Positions 26,493-36,829 of a stretch of 64,000 nucleotides of DNA are shown piece by piece. The notes under the pieces are model-generated. The model was not told the DNA's origin. It ran no database searches and saw only the letters and a list, made by a program, of their open reading frames with translations. How positions within the stretch are numbered: position 1 is the first letter of the stretch; every line of letters begins with the position of its first letter. Source of the DNA: a virus; IMG/VR virus record IMGVR_UViG_3300025122_000006; one strand, given 5' to 3'. A program made the translations under genes and the position numbers.

Positions 26493-29378
26493 CTAAACAA
26501 AATCCGCCCCTGTTTTTGTGATGATAAAGTCAACAACGATATATTCAATAGCTCGGCCAGGCTTAATGAAGATCTTTGCATACATAATATTACGGTCTAT
26601 AAGATCCGGTGTTGTAGTTGTTTCATCTAAAACAATTTTATAATCAGTTAAACCAAATCTAGCACGAATATCTGAAAGAACTGGATCAACCTGAGACTTA
26701 AACCTTAGCCAAGTTGATTCAACGTTGTTGTCAAACAATAAGTTACGAGAAATCGCAGAAACTTTAGATTTCAACAATAATACCAAGCGCCGGACGTTAA
26801 TTCGATCTAGTGCCGATTGGCCAGACTGCAAGGTTTTCTGCCCGAAGATTACAACCCCTTCTGCCGGGAATGTTGCAATTGGATTGATGTTGACTTCATA
26901 CAATTTGTCTCTGTCTCGAGAATCTAGCCTCTGTCTTGCTTGAATAACGGCTGGACCGCGTGATCCTCCGAGATTTCCAAGCCCACCACGATTAAACCCA
27001 GCCGGCGCAAACCAAACGTCTGCTTGCGCTTGTGATTTACCAAGAGCTCCGAGAGCAGCAACCGATGCTGGTACCCAAACATATTGGCCGCCACTGATAT
27101 TGTCCGAAATTTGAACCCATGGATAGAAAGCACAAGCAAAAGAAGAATTAAGATTTCTTGCCTTAGTATTTGCGACTACACTTGTTACTGACCCAAGTCG
27201 GTTAGCAGCAGTATCCTTAGATTCTGCCCTAGGGATATAATCACCTTGTAAATCAACAATGGCGAGAACATCTTTTCTGCTATCTGCTGTTGTAATAATC
27301 TTATTGGCTATTAATGGCTCAAAAATTCCAGGCATTACCAATAAATTTGCTGCAACAATTTCTGGATCTTTTACAGAATCAAGGGCTCTATTAAGAGTAT
27401 ATTGTACATAATTGGTTGTTTCAGCAAGAGTAGCTCCAATTAAACCATTTCTGATTGGTTCTCTTTCGGTAATCTCAAATCCATCAGTTCCACCCCACAT
27501 TGGCATTAAAAATTGACGAACATTAAGATCCAATAGTTCTCCAAATGACCCAGAATAATATTGTTCAGTATTATTGGGCGAGGTAAATGAAGTGCTTGTT
27601 CCGGCCTCGGTATTAGACCAAGAGCCAGAAGTATATGTAACAACATTTGTGTTTGTATTAATAATCAAATCATCTAAACTAAAGACGAAAGAATATTCAA
27701 AATTATCAGTTGAAGGTGTAAAGCTATCTACAATAGAGTTAAGTCCTCTCAAATAATCACCATAATCTGGATCATTCTGATTTGATGTGGATGATAGTTT
27801 CGGCCTGATTCCATAATGAACTCGATAAGGATCAGGGGCGCCCCCTTCTGTTCCGCCTCCACGAAGAGCGAGTTTTGGAAAGTTAAATGATGCGGTGGTG
27901 GCGGCAACAGAACATGATACAAAATTATCGTGCCCAATTGCAGCAATTCCGGCATAGGAAAGCGCCCCCGCTGTTCCCCCTGCTCCACCTTTTGCAAAAG
28001 CCGCTGGGAATAAAGTTGTGCCATCTGCGCTGGTTTGGGTTCGCGCTCCAAGAGAGCCGCTGGCAATCTGAAACCCTTTTGGTCGAACCGGACCAAAAAA
28101 CCCAGCCGGAAGAAGACCTTGTCCTCCTCCATCGCCAACGTTTGCCTGCATTTCAACATAAATATAGTCAGACAGATTCTTAAAATCTCCATAAGTGTAA
28201 TAGCGACGATTTGTCTCATCCCACGTTTGATATTGATCACCAATTCTTTTAGCAATGTAATTTGGGGATGAAGGATTTAAATTAACATTATTGTATTGCT
28301 CAACTGTACCACCAGATAAATCTTTAATTGAAACCGTAAAGGATCCATAAGCTTCAACATTAGGATTACTCGACTCTTTAATGTCTTCTATCGCAATCAT
28401 GTAATTTTTTTGAAATTCATCTCCAACATGAAGACATTTAAACCGGAATAATCTTTGTTGATTGCTAGCTCTTTGGCTAATAACCCAACCAGATTTGGCT
28501 TCTGTGGCTTCTTGTTGTCTATCAGACCAGTTATAAGAACCACTTTCAAGTGCTAAGAGAACCCCGATAACACTGCCCTTAGCAGTGTTACTAACGTTAT
28601 CTGAAACCTCGCGAAGAAATGATTCTCCCAACCAATACGATTTTAAATCTGCACTATCGACAATTGCTGAATTAGTTAATTGCGGATTTGTGTTAAATAC
28701 CGAACGGATATATTTTGAAGAATTCCTATCAAAATTAAAAAGAACATTCTCTTCAACAGCACCGGCAGAATTGTAAACAAGCATTCTAAATTCTTTGTTG
28801 GGGCCAGCGGATACAATAAAAGCGCCGGAGCCATTAGCCGTAACAACATCACCGGTAGCGGATCCAGAAAGAGTAAGATATCCTGAATTTGCATAAAAAA
28901 TCGCACCAAGAGACCCTGTTCCGAAAGAGGCCGCACGGACGGCTGCGGTGTCGTCTACTAGAAAAAGCCCATAGGCAGTTCCATTACTCGCGGCGGAGGA
29001 ATCTGGAGAATTATCCAATTGCCAGCCTGCTTTACCAGTTGTCGCAGACGGATGTTCAACGCCAGCGAGCCTAACCATAACAACCGGAGCTTGTTCAGAA
29101 GCCAGCCATGCTTGAGCAGCGTAGGCTGCATAAGTCGGCCCAATAACATTACCCTCTCTCCAAACATCACCCTGGACCCCTGTTCCTCCCGGAACGGGCG
29201 CTCCAAAAACAGAGATAAAATCATCAAGATTTTTAATCTTTATAGGTTTATTCGCTGGTCCTTTTCTAGTTCGACCGATAATGATGGGACCTTCTGCATC
29301 TCTTCCCACTGGAATAAAGCTTTGGTCAATTTCGCGCATTTGAATACCAGGCGATAGGAAATCAAATTTTTTAGCCAT
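26493..29378 (-). CDS. Tail sheath protein (gp18-like)
   Basis: FLSPGIQMREID, GRTRKGP, WFAPAGFNRG, INPIATFP..GVVIFGQKTLQ, RINVRRL and IFIKPGRAIEYI. Confidence 0.96.
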   Translation of the reverse strand: MAKKFDFLSPGIQMREIDQSFIPVGRDAEGPIIIGRTRKGPANKPIKIKNLDDFISVFGAPVPGGTGVQGDVWREGNVIGPTYAAYAAQAWLASEQAPVVMVRLAGVEHPSATTGKAGWQLDNSPDSSAASNGTAYGLFLVDDTAAVRAASFGTGSLGAIFYANSGYLTLSGSATGDVVTANGSGAFIVSAGPNKEFRMLVYNSAGAVEENVLFNFDRNSSKYIRSVFNTNPQLTNSAIVDSADLKSYWLGESFLREVSDNVSNTAKGSVIGVLLALESGSYNWSDRQQEATEAKSGWVISQRASNQQRLFRFKCLHVGDEFQKNYMIAIEDIKESSNPNVEAYGSFTVSIKDLSGGTVEQYNNVNLNPSSPNYIAKRIGDQYQTWDETNRRYYTYGDFKNLSDYIYVEMQANVGDGGGQGLLPAGFFGPVRPKGFQIASGSLGARTQTSADGTTLFPAAFAKGGAGGTAGALSYAGIAAIGHDNFVSCSVAATTASFNFPKLALRGGGTEGGAPDPYRVHYGIRPKLSSTSNQNDPDYGDYLRGLNSIVDSFTPSTDNFEYSFVFSLDDLIINTNTNVVTYTSGSWSNTEAGTSTSFTSPNNTEQYYSGSFGELLDLNVRQFLMPMWGGTDGFEITEREPIRNGLIGATLAETTNYVQYTLNRALDSVKDPEIVAANLLVMPGIFEPLIANKIITTADSRKDVLAIVDLQGDYIPRAESKDTAANRLGSVTSVVANTKARNLNSSFACAFYPWVQISDNISGGQYVWVPASVAALGALGKSQAQADVWFAPAGFNRGGLGNLGGSRGPAVIQARQRLDSRDRDKLYEVNINPIATFPAEGVVIFGQKTLQSGQSALDRINVRRLVLLLKSKVSAISRNLLFDNNVESTWLRFKSQVDPVLSDIRARFGLTDYKIVLDETTTTPDLIDRNIMYAKIFIKPGRAIEYIVVDFIITKTGADFV

Positions 29379-29412
29379 GGACTATTTCTCCTTTAATTGT
29401 TTTAATTCTTAT

Positions 29413-29420
29413 TAAATAGT
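29413..29420 (-). promoter_or_regulatory. Putative late promoter ACTATTTA (sheath)
   Basis: Recurrent motif 35 nt upstream of the start codon. Confidence 0.6.
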
Positions 29421-29440
29421 TACAGAAATTTGTAAAATCA

Positions 29441-30280
29441 TCATATCTCTCTATATTTCTTCTTGTCGGATAGCCAAGGCTTTTCATCTCCCACTATAGT
29501 TCTTTCTCTAACAAGTTTCACTTCGACAATAGTTTCCCTTCTTATTACCTTGGGAACTTCCTCGTTAAGTCCGTCTCCTAATAGATATCCTAACACCTTT
29601 AAATTGATTGTGGTTTTGAATGATCTTTCCTCTTCTCCAAGATTTGACATGTTGTTGGCATATGCCATATCCGACTGTATAAAGGCTTCATATTTGTGGT
29701 TTCCTTCTTTTATTAAAAGGCAGTTAATATTTCCTGTCCTAGAAGCGAAAGGAGTCACTAGGTCGTTCATTTGTTGTTGATATTCTGTTCTCAAAGTAAT
29801 TGTGTATATAACCGTAACCCACACTGGGATCGGTGTATATATTTCTTCATAAACAATTTTTTTATTATCTGTTGGATAATGATATTGACCTTTATTTCTG
29901 TGTGCATCGGCAGATGCAAATTTTCTTGTTGAACCTTGCGCAATATTTTTAGCAACTCTTTTTTGATGCTTGCGATAACCACGGGGCCCGAAAGTATCTG
30001 GGAAAATATTCGCTTGAAAACCTCCTTTGAAAGAAGGGTCTTTTGAAAATGAGCTCCTTTCTATCGTTATGAGGGGTAATTTAAGTTTTCCGACCGAATC
30101 TCTAATTTCTTTATTTTTTACATGAAAGGATCTTTCTGGGGAAATCCACAAAACTGGTACTTTTTTAAAGCCCAAATTTGTTTTAGTGTGTAAGTCGAAC
30201 TTGTTATCTACCATATCGAATACGGATAAATCAATTGTTTCGATGGTAGATGGCTGGATACTTATTTCTTTATTCGGCAT
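29441..30280 (-). CDS. Tail terminator / sheath stabiliser (gp15-like)
   Basis: KVPVLWISPER, LPLITIER, PVWVTVIYTITLRTEYQQQMN and FKTTINLKVLGYL; located between neck and sheath genes. Confidence 0.7.
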   Translation of the reverse strand: MPNKEISIQPSTIETIDLSVFDMVDNKFDLHTKTNLGFKKVPVLWISPERSFHVKNKEIRDSVGKLKLPLITIERSSFSKDPSFKGGFQANIFPDTFGPRGYRKHQKRVAKNIAQGSTRKFASADAHRNKGQYHYPTDNKKIVYEEIYTPIPVWVTVIYTITLRTEYQQQMNDLVTPFASRTGNINCLLIKEGNHKYEAFIQSDMAYANNMSNLGEEERSFKTTINLKVLGYLLGDGLNEEVPKVIRRETIVEVKLVRERTIVGDEKPWLSDKKKYREI

Positions 30281-30758
30281 TGAATAATCCGTCCCTTGCT
30301 CTGATACAATCAGCTATTACTTCAAACTTAGAATCTATTTGGCCAAATAACTGTTTTGGTTCATTAATTTTTACTATTTCATAATAAATATCACCATATC
30401 GGATGAAATCGCCTTCCCTAACAAAAAGATTTTGATCTTCTGTTAATCTTCTCTTGTGAAAACGAACCACTGCTGTTGTCTTTTTATCTATACCAACGTT
30501 ATCCATATAACTTGTTTCAACTCCGCCATACTCAACCAAAGCATATATTCTAATTGGATGAAGAAAATTTTTCTCTAATGCCTCGCCATATAGAGAATGA
30601 AAATTCGTTGTTTCCATATCAATTGCAAAATAAAGAATTTGCTGCCCAACAACTCTTTCGATTATCTCGTCATTAACTTGTTTGACAAGGTTTTTTTCCT
30701 TTTCTCCAAGAAAAAGAGGAGGAGGAGCTTGAACTGGTCTTTCCCACTTATCACTCAT
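30270..30758 (-). CDS. Head closure / neck protein (gp14-like)
   Basis: EIIERVVGQQILYF...LYGEA...VREGDFIRYGDIYYEI; gene order. Confidence 0.7.
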   Translation of the reverse strand: MSDKWERPVQAPPPLFLGEKEKNLVKQVNDEIIERVVGQQILYFAIDMETTNFHSLYGEALEKNFLHPIRIYALVEYGGVETSYMDNVGIDKKTTAVVRFHKRRLTEDQNLFVREGDFIRYGDIYYEIVKINEPKQLFGQIDSKFEVIADCIRARDGLFNAE

Positions 30759-30762
30759 TTAC

Positions 30763-32016
30763 TTACCCCACATAGATTTTCATTGGCGCTTTACCTACAA
30801 TTGCATCTGTATTTTCAACAAACGCTTTGTCAATCTCAGCCAATTTAGAATATAACATCTCATCAAGTTGTTTATTTAGCTCTTCTTTTAAAGCAGCCTG
30901 TTCCGTGGCGGCTTGGCCTAAAAGATCCGAAGCATTTAAAGAAATGCTGTCTCCTGGAATTGGAATCGATCCCCCAAATTTTCCTCTAATCTGCCCCAAT
31001 GTTTCTTTAGAAAGAGCCAAAGAAAATTTTCTAATCCATTGTTGTCCCATGGAATTAATTTTATCAAATGGAAGATTTGCAAATGGAAGTGTATTCATAT
31101 TATTTATTCCATTTACCCCGCTATCATAAGAACCGGTTGCATATGCATCACCACTTTCAATACTAAATCTAAACCAAATTTCATTTGGACTAACAGTAGA
31201 AGGGATCGGATATAACCTCAAACTATTGCTGATCAATTCATATGAATAATGAGAAGTTCTAGTATATAAATGATCTTCGTAAGAAATTGCCTGTATTTTA
31301 TTCTGCCAAACAGGGATAACCTGGAAAGTTGAATCGTCTGCATATTGACCATAATTGTGAAAGTCTCCAACTACGTTTAAGCCACCATAATAACCATAAA
31401 ATCTCCACATTTGTCGAGGTGAAACATAATAAACTTGACGAATTTTAACCCTTTTGTTGCCTACCAGCCCGTAAAATGGCGAATCAACTTCAGTAGACGA
31501 TGAAAGTTCAACAATACTTTGTAAATCATAATCTTGTTTATCATTTATGGTATTAAACGAAGCAGAATAGATTGGTTCAACGCCGCCAACAACAGCTTCA
31601 GAAGAAAATTTATCTGCAATTCTAAAGGCATAATCAAATTGAAATTTGGGATACTTTAGAGCTAAACCTTCTGATCCGGAGGTTAGTTCGCCTTTTTCGT
31701 TAAAAGACCCCGTCGGTCCCCCTAGAGCCGAACCAAGAGAGTTTCTGGCTTGGTGCAGATTTACGATATAAGAATATTCTAATACACTTTCTTCGTAGTT
31801 ATTATAAACATTTTTGGCAGTAATTTCGATGTCTAAAACATCTCCGCCCAATCTTTTAAAAGTATAAGCCACTTGAGCCGTAGCACCAGCTAAAAAGTTT
31901 ACATTATCTCCATAATAGTTAATTGCTAATGATGCAGAAACATCTGAAACTGACCCGGTTGCAGGCAATATTATTGGTGATGTTTTTGAAGTTGGTGTTA
32001 ATTCCGGAAACGACAT
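30763..32016 (-). CDS. Neck / head-tail adaptor protein (gp13-like)
   Basis: KRLGGDVLDIEI, LRLYPIP and WIRKFSLALSKETLGQIRGKF...IPG..ISLNASDL. Confidence 0.8.
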   Translation of the reverse strand: MSFPELTPTSKTSPIILPATGSVSDVSASLAINYYGDNVNFLAGATAQVAYTFKRLGGDVLDIEITAKNVYNNYEESVLEYSYIVNLHQARNSLGSALGGPTGSFNEKGELTSGSEGLALKYPKFQFDYAFRIADKFSSEAVVGGVEPIYSASFNTINDKQDYDLQSIVELSSSTEVDSPFYGLVGNKRVKIRQVYYVSPRQMWRFYGYYGGLNVVGDFHNYGQYADDSTFQVIPVWQNKIQAISYEDHLYTRTSHYSYELISNSLRLYPIPSTVSPNEIWFRFSIESGDAYATGSYDSGVNGINNMNTLPFANLPFDKINSMGQQWIRKFSLALSKETLGQIRGKFGGSIPIPGDSISLNASDLLGQAATEQAALKEELNKQLDEMLYSKLAEIDKAFVENTDAIVGKAPMKIYVG

Positions 32017-32036
32017 TCATTCTTCCTCCGCTATTT

Positions 32037-32044
32037 TAATTAGT
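32037..32044 (-). promoter_or_regulatory. Putative late promoter ACTAATTA (neck); a second, palindromic copy ACTAATTAGT lies at 32096-32105
   Basis: Recurrent motif 21 nt upstream of the start codon. Confidence 0.55.
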
Positions 32045-32112
32045 TTAGACAAAATGAAACCTCTGCGCCACAAATATCGAAGAGCATTTAATATCACTAA
32101 TTAGTTTTTTAT

Positions 32113-32364
32113 TTATTTTCTTTTGTTTTGAATCGCTTCGATTATTTGTTTTTTGGTATTATCCATCGTAACATCGCAAGTTAATTGTTCAGCCATTTCT
32201 AACAAATCTTTTTTAAGAATTTTTTTCATTTTTTTGAGAGGAGGGGTGTCGATCTCCTCCAATATATCTTCCGTTTGTATCTCGGGATTGTTACTTTTAT
32301 TATGAATATTCCAGGGGATTTTGCTGTATTTTTTACTAAGTAATTTTCTTCTTTTTTTACCCAT
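32113..32364 (-). CDS. Small basic protein with a C-terminal HeH/Rho-N-like helix pair
   Basis: MGKKRRK start; KKDLLEMAEQL...NTKKQIIEAI; AAGGAG RBS; ACTATTTA at 32384-32391. Confidence 0.6.
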   Translation of the reverse strand: MGKKRRKLLSKKYSKIPWNIHNKSNNPEIQTEDILEEIDTPPLKKMKKILKKDLLEMAEQLTCDVTMDNTKKQIIEAIQNKRK

Positions 32365-32404
32365 ATAAACTCCTTCTCTTTCTTAAATAGTTTTTATAAA
32401 TAAG

Positions 32405-32436
32405 AAAGCCTCCGAGGACACGCCCTCGGAGGCAAA
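32405..32436 (-). terminator. Intrinsic terminator
   Basis: GCCTCCGAGG/CCTCGGAGGC 10-bp stem followed by TTTCTTATTT. Confidence 0.85.
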
Positions 32437-32455
32437 AGCAATATATTTAAATATT

Positions 32456-32659
32456 TTATTTTCTTTCTTGATCTCTTTTCTTCATATATCTTCGGAGCTT
32501 TTCCACTCTTATTCTCGCTTTCCTTTCCTTTCTCCAGTCTTCTTTAAGTTCATCCAAAGTAGGTTCTGGTTTCGGAGCAGCCTTTGGCTTAGGAGCAGCC
32601 TTTGTCTTCGCAGCAGCCTTTGGTTTAGTTACAGATTTATTGTTTTCTAATTTACTCAT
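32456..32659 (-). CDS. Small basic histone-like protein with KPKAA repeats
   Basis: KPKAAAKTKAAPKPKAAPKPEP encoded by imperfect 18-bp repeats; AAGGAG RBS. Confidence 0.65.
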   Translation of the reverse strand: MSKLENNKSVTKPKAAAKTKAAPKPKAAPKPEPTLDELKEDWRKERKARIRVEKLRRYMKKRDQERK

Positions 32660-32673
32660 CTTAAATTATCTCC

Positions 32674-33501
32674 TTATCGGTTTCCGAAGCCTTGAAGACC
32701 CCATTTTACCTTTTTATAAATAATACCCACTGTACTCGCAGCAGCATGAGCGTGATATCCAAACGGCGTAACAACCTCTCCGTCATCAAACGTAAACGCT
32801 TGAGTAACTGTAGGAGCAACACCATCAATTTTAAAAGTCACAACGCCAGTAGAACTAACATTGACTCTAAATGTATGACTTTCGGTATCCCCCCAATTGT
32901 CAGTAGTGTCAGTGGACGTAGTACCCGCATTGTTCAGGATCGTCCCGGTGTAGATATCGCCGGAGATGCAATTAAGGAACGCTGCTTCATCATAAGCATC
33001 AACATCTTCCGGTTGGAAAGCTTCAACTTTACGGAATCCAAAAGCGACCGTATCTGCATCAGATACATCTGTTAGTTCAAATTCCATTTCCATGTAAAAA
33101 GCTCCGTGAGTACCAACAGTAAACCTATCAACACCAGGATAGCCCTTATGTGTGTTCATACTAGCAACCCATTGAATGCCTTCATTATCAGCAGCATCAT
33201 ATGAATAATCCATACCAGAAGTACTTGCCGCCGGAATTAAAATGGTTTGCCCATTTGTACCACCTTCATGAAGATTCTGTACATGAAGCCTAAGACCATC
33301 TGAATATTGATGAATAACGATAGCATTGTCAGCACCGTCTGCTACTGTAGAGTCATCATCTAAAACAAGTGGCGGTGCGCCAAACGACCCATGACAACCA
33401 CCGACTTCACCACACCAAGTAGAACCCGACATATTGAGTTGTCTTTTCATATTTTCCATTAATGCCTCTATTCTCGCGAGACCCACTCTTTTTGTTCCCA
33501 T
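32674..33501 (-). CDS. Putative capsid decoration / virion protein with a lectin-like beta domain
   Basis: True start MGTKRVGLARIEALMEN at 33501 behind AAGGAGG; beta-rich C-terminus (HTFRVNVSSTGVVTFKIDG); immediately after the capsid gene. Confidence 0.6.
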   Translation of the reverse strand: MGTKRVGLARIEALMENMKRQLNMSGSTWCGEVGGCHGSFGAPPLVLDDDSTVADGADNAIVIHQYSDGLRLHVQNLHEGGTNGQTILIPAASTSGMDYSYDAADNEGIQWVASMNTHKGYPGVDRFTVGTHGAFYMEMEFELTDVSDADTVAFGFRKVEAFQPEDVDAYDEAAFLNCISGDIYTGTILNNAGTTSTDTTDNWGDTESHTFRVNVSSTGVVTFKIDGVAPTVTQAFTFDDGEVVTPFGYHAHAAASTVGIIYKKVKWGLQGFGNR

Positions 33502-33614
33502 AGTTAAAAACCCTCCTTTTATAATCATGTCCCTGCATCGGTTTATTTCAGCGATACTAGGGGGCAGTTCTAAGACATACCCGATAACTTTGGTTGAACT
33601 GTAAAGTTCAACTA
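33502..33614 (-). ncRNA. Candidate structured 5' leader RNA
   Basis: Hairpin GTTGAACT-TTAC-AGTTCAAC, then nested stems ATGT/ACAT, CCCT/AGGG and GTATCG/CGATGC, ending just before the RBS. Confidence 0.4.
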
Positions 33615-33622
33615 TAAATAGT
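33615..33622 (-). promoter_or_regulatory. Putative late promoter ACTATTTA
   Basis: Recurrent motif just downstream of the capsid terminator. Confidence 0.55.
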
Positions 33623-33652
33623 CTAAACTTTTTAATTAAACAATAATAAAAG

Positions 33653-33678
33653 AAAAACCCCAGCATGCTGGGGTTTTT
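33653..33678. terminator. Bidirectional intrinsic terminator after the major capsid gene
   Basis: Perfect 26-bp palindrome AAAAACCCCAGCATGCTGGGGTTTTT. Confidence 0.85.
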
Positions 33679-33700
33679 GTTTGTGAACTAACTAAATTAA

Positions 33701-35578
33701 TTAGCTGGTAGCACCGGACTCGCCAAGAAGACCACGTACAACAACAACACCGTACATATCAGGACGAACCATCTTTTTACCGTATCTTGTCATGACACCT
33801 TTACGTGGCACGAAGTCTTCAACGCCGAAGATCGTTGGAGTGGTTTGCAGAGGCACGTAAGGTGCATAAACATAACCAGACTCTAAGAATGAAGAGCCTT
33901 TACGACCGACTAGGACAACGTTTCGAGGGAAGTAAGGATCAACGATAACGTCAAACTTACGACTCAAGGAACCTACCTTAACGGCGCCAATATCGCCTTT
34001 ATCTGCATCAGCAGTAACATTTGCACGGAATCCAGCAGTGAATTCGAGAATGTTAGCAACTTCAGGAGAAACAACGACATAGTTGGCACCACCACGAAGA
34101 GTCTTTCTGTGGATTTGAGCAGAAACGTCATTGATAGTTTCAATGAGAGTTTCATACCATTCACTAACCGTACCAGTGAAGTCGGGAGCAGCAGAAGAAG
34201 CACCCAATTCAGCACCAGTCACACGATTTACGAACAATCCAGGAGAACGAGACCAATAGTAAGTACCGGCGTTAGCATCTTGTACAAGATCGTTCAAAAT
34301 TTCACGATCAATTTCAAGGGCAATCTGCTCAGAAAGAATTGAAGTCAATTCTACTTCAGCATCCAAGTTGTGATAAGCGTTCAAATCTTGTCCCAATTCA
34401 GGAGTCCACTTGGCTTTCAATTTCTTGGTAATCGCGGTGATAGCAACGCTATCTACCTTGATATCGATTTCAGGAATCACATCGACCCCTGTTCCATTAA
34501 ATGCTCCGGCTGAATTACCCGCGCCTTCAAGTCCCCAGTCTGCTTGGCCTTTAATAGAACCAAGGGCAGTACTAGTTGTGAGATCATCCCTCAATGGGTA
34601 ATGCACCGCAACAGCATTCGAGCCATCAGCAGCAAGAGTACCAGAAGCAGCTACCCAATAAAACGTAAGGTAGTATTCACCCGAGACATGAGAACTATGA
34701 CCAGTTCCAACTTTAACAAGAGCGCCGTTTTCATCGCGATAACCTTCTTCGGTCAAACGACGAATCATCGCACCAGAGGTGAGACCAAAATCTGATTCAG
34801 TTGTTGATACTGGAGAGTCAAAAATTTGAATTGCTCCAAGAGCAGATTGATTAATAAGATCTCTATCAGTACTGGAGAAAAAGACTTGAGCAGCATAAAC
34901 TCTTTTAGTAGTATCGGTATCTCCAAGAATATCCGGATCAAAGCGAATAGCTTTTTTCTGAGCCGCAGTGAGATCGGCGATTGTTGTACCAGCGTTCGAA
35001 AACGGAGTATTAGTAACCGCTGTTGCAAGATTAATCTCGCCAGCTACGGAAGTTCCAGGGTCAGCATCAGCTACTTCAGTCAAAGCACCAGTTGAACCAG
35101 TTGGAGACGAATAACTAAGATTTGCTAAGTTATACATACCGCCACCTTCTTCGGTGAGATCACTAATACCATCGACTATCCCTGATGCCACTGCTCCTCC
35201 ACCATAGATAGAATCATTCGCATCGGCACCTTGACGAGTACTGTTATATGTAAAATCAAGGAAGAAGATGAGTCCTGATGGAAGGCTCATTGGCTGAACA
35301 CTAACAAGATCGTTAGCAATCAAATTACCAAATACACGACGTACAATCGGAAATGCGACAGCAGCAAAGCCCTCAACATCCCCGGCAGCCATAGATGAAG
35401 CTTCGCGAAGAAGCTCTCTTGCTTGATTTTCTAACAACCTAGACATATTTTGTTTTTGGTTATCAGTTTGAAGGCCTTCTAGCAAACCGGTTTGAGCCCA
35501 TTTATCAAGAAGAGCACGTCCTTCTTGGGCTAGATCACGATTTACCATACCTTCGGTTAATTTTTCAATAATAGACAT
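33701..35578 (-). CDS. Major capsid protein (T4 gp23-like) with a large insertion domain
   Basis: VSVQPMSLPSGLIFFLDF, KKLKAKWTPELGQDLNAYHNLDAEVELTSILSEQIALEIDREI, GYVYAPYVPL and FVPRKGVMTRYG. Confidence 0.97.
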   Translation of the reverse strand: MSIIEKLTEGMVNRDLAQEGRALLDKWAQTGLLEGLQTDNQKQNMSRLLENQARELLREASSMAAGDVEGFAAVAFPIVRRVFGNLIANDLVSVQPMSLPSGLIFFLDFTYNSTRQGADANDSIYGGGAVASGIVDGISDLTEEGGGMYNLANLSYSSPTGSTGALTEVADADPGTSVAGEINLATAVTNTPFSNAGTTIADLTAAQKKAIRFDPDILGDTDTTKRVYAAQVFFSSTDRDLINQSALGAIQIFDSPVSTTESDFGLTSGAMIRRLTEEGYRDENGALVKVGTGHSSHVSGEYYLTFYWVAASGTLAADGSNAVAVHYPLRDDLTTSTALGSIKGQADWGLEGAGNSAGAFNGTGVDVIPEIDIKVDSVAITAITKKLKAKWTPELGQDLNAYHNLDAEVELTSILSEQIALEIDREILNDLVQDANAGTYYWSRSPGLFVNRVTGAELGASSAAPDFTGTVSEWYETLIETINDVSAQIHRKTLRGGANYVVVSPEVANILEFTAGFRANVTADADKGDIGAVKVGSLSRKFDVIVDPYFPRNVVLVGRKGSSFLESGYVYAPYVPLQTTPTIFGVEDFVPRKGVMTRYGKKMVRPDMYGVVVVRGLLGESGATS

Positions 35579-35602
35579 TATTTTTAACCTCCTTATAAAT
35601 TG

Positions 35603-36829
35603 TTATTTAATGCCTGCCAGTCTCTTCATCCTATCAAAGAAAGGATCGGGAGATTGGCTTTCGTTTATGTTTTGTCTCCGATATAACATAGAAGACAAGC
35701 TTGATTTATGATTAACTGATTCGCTAAGTGATTGCGGAGCTTTCTTTTTCGAAGTTCCCACTGCAGATCTTAGTGTCTCATGTAAATTTCTTGCTTCTTT
35801 TGGAGACTCCGCATTCCCGATGGCTTCGACAATTTTTAATTTTTGTCGCTCATTCAAGGAGGCATCATTTAGAGTGCGGTTTTGGTAGAGTAACTTTGCA
35901 TTTGCTAGCAAAGTCTCTTGTAATTTACTGTTTAATTTGTAAACAATATTTTCTAATTTTTTGTTTTGTTGTTTAAGCGTTTCAAATGTTTGCTGAAATT
36001 GGTCGATTTTCGACAAGGCTTCTTTGAGGTCTTCATCTTCTTCTTCCTCAAGAACCTCTTCCTCGTCGAGATGTTCATCATGAGCCTCTTGCATATCTGC
36101 TTCGTGCTCAAGAGTCGTTTTATTGGTCGTAATCCAGCCTTGCTTGGCTTCTCCCATATCGACTTCCATTTTTTCTTCGAGAACTTTTTGGATTGCATCA
36201 AGAACCTCTTGGAGCTGCAATTCCTCTTCTTCTCCTCCAAGATCGCCAAAGAGATCACCAATTTCTTCGTCTCCCCCAAGGGCTTCTATCCCTTCTGGTT
36301 CTCCAAAGGGCTCTCCCGCCGGCATTTCTGCCTGTTGTTGTTGCATCAAAGATAATTCAATTGCATCGAGATCAATAGTAAGATTTTGATCAGAATCAAC
36401 CTTATCTAAAAGAGCGGAAAGCACTACAGACTCCGTGTCGCCGTAACGAGAATCCCACGCCGGAGGGGCTTCAATTTCTTGAGGGGGAGTGGATGTATCC
36501 ATGGCAGCATTCATCTCTTCTTCTTGTAAAAGTTCGTCGTTGGTTACCTCGGACAATTCAGATTCATTAACGACAAACGGTTTATTGCCGTCAGAAACAG
36601 TCACCTTACCTCTTTCGTCCGCCTCATGAACAATTTCGATAATTCGACCTTCATATCTCATTTTTCTTTTTGCTTCTGAGACGGGATCATTTTCGAGCAT
36701 TGTTTCAACTGCTTCTTTGATTCGTGGTGCATATTTTTCAATGATCGATTGTTCGGCATTTTTAAGCGCTGCTTCTCGAAGGGCAGCGGCATCTATAATA
36801 GCCTGTTCTAACATGTTAGACATTAACAT
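35603..36829 (-). CDS. Prohead core scaffold protein (gp22-like)
   Basis: Acidic coiled-coil protein directly upstream of the capsid gene; many (I/L)xE sites; NAKLLYQN; C-terminal RMKRLAGIK. Confidence 0.8.
   Translation of the reverse strand: MLMSNMLEQAIIDAAALREAALKNAEQSIIEKYAPRIKEAVETMLENDPVSEAKRKMRYEGRIIEIVHEADERGKVTVSDGNKPFVVNESELSEVTNDELLQEEEMNAAMDTSTPPQEIEAPPAWDSRYGDTESVVLSALLDKVDSDQNLTIDLDAIELSLMQQQQAEMPAGEPFGEPEGIEALGGDEEIGDLFGDLGGEEEELQLQEVLDAIQKVLEEKMEVDMGEAKQGWITTNKTTLEHEADMQEAHDEHLDEEEVLEEEEDEDLKEALSKIDQFQQTFETLKQQNKKLENIVYKLNSKLQETLLANAKLLYQNRTLNDASLNERQKLKIVEAIGNAESPKEARNLHETLRSAVGTSKKKAPQSLSESVNHKSSLSSMLYRRQNINESQSPDPFFDRMKRLAGIK

Noticed and set aside
33527-33578. Hammerhead ribozyme in the structured leader (CTGA...AAAC)
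   Set aside because: It lacks the CUGAnGA core and the three-stem arrangement.
33502-33666. N-terminal extension of ORF 32674-33666, and similar extensions at 11098, 5242, 4923, 3347, 53218 and 56236
   Set aside because: The extensions run through terminators, promoters or upstream genes; better starts (RBS-backed or coupled to the upstream stop) lie downstream.
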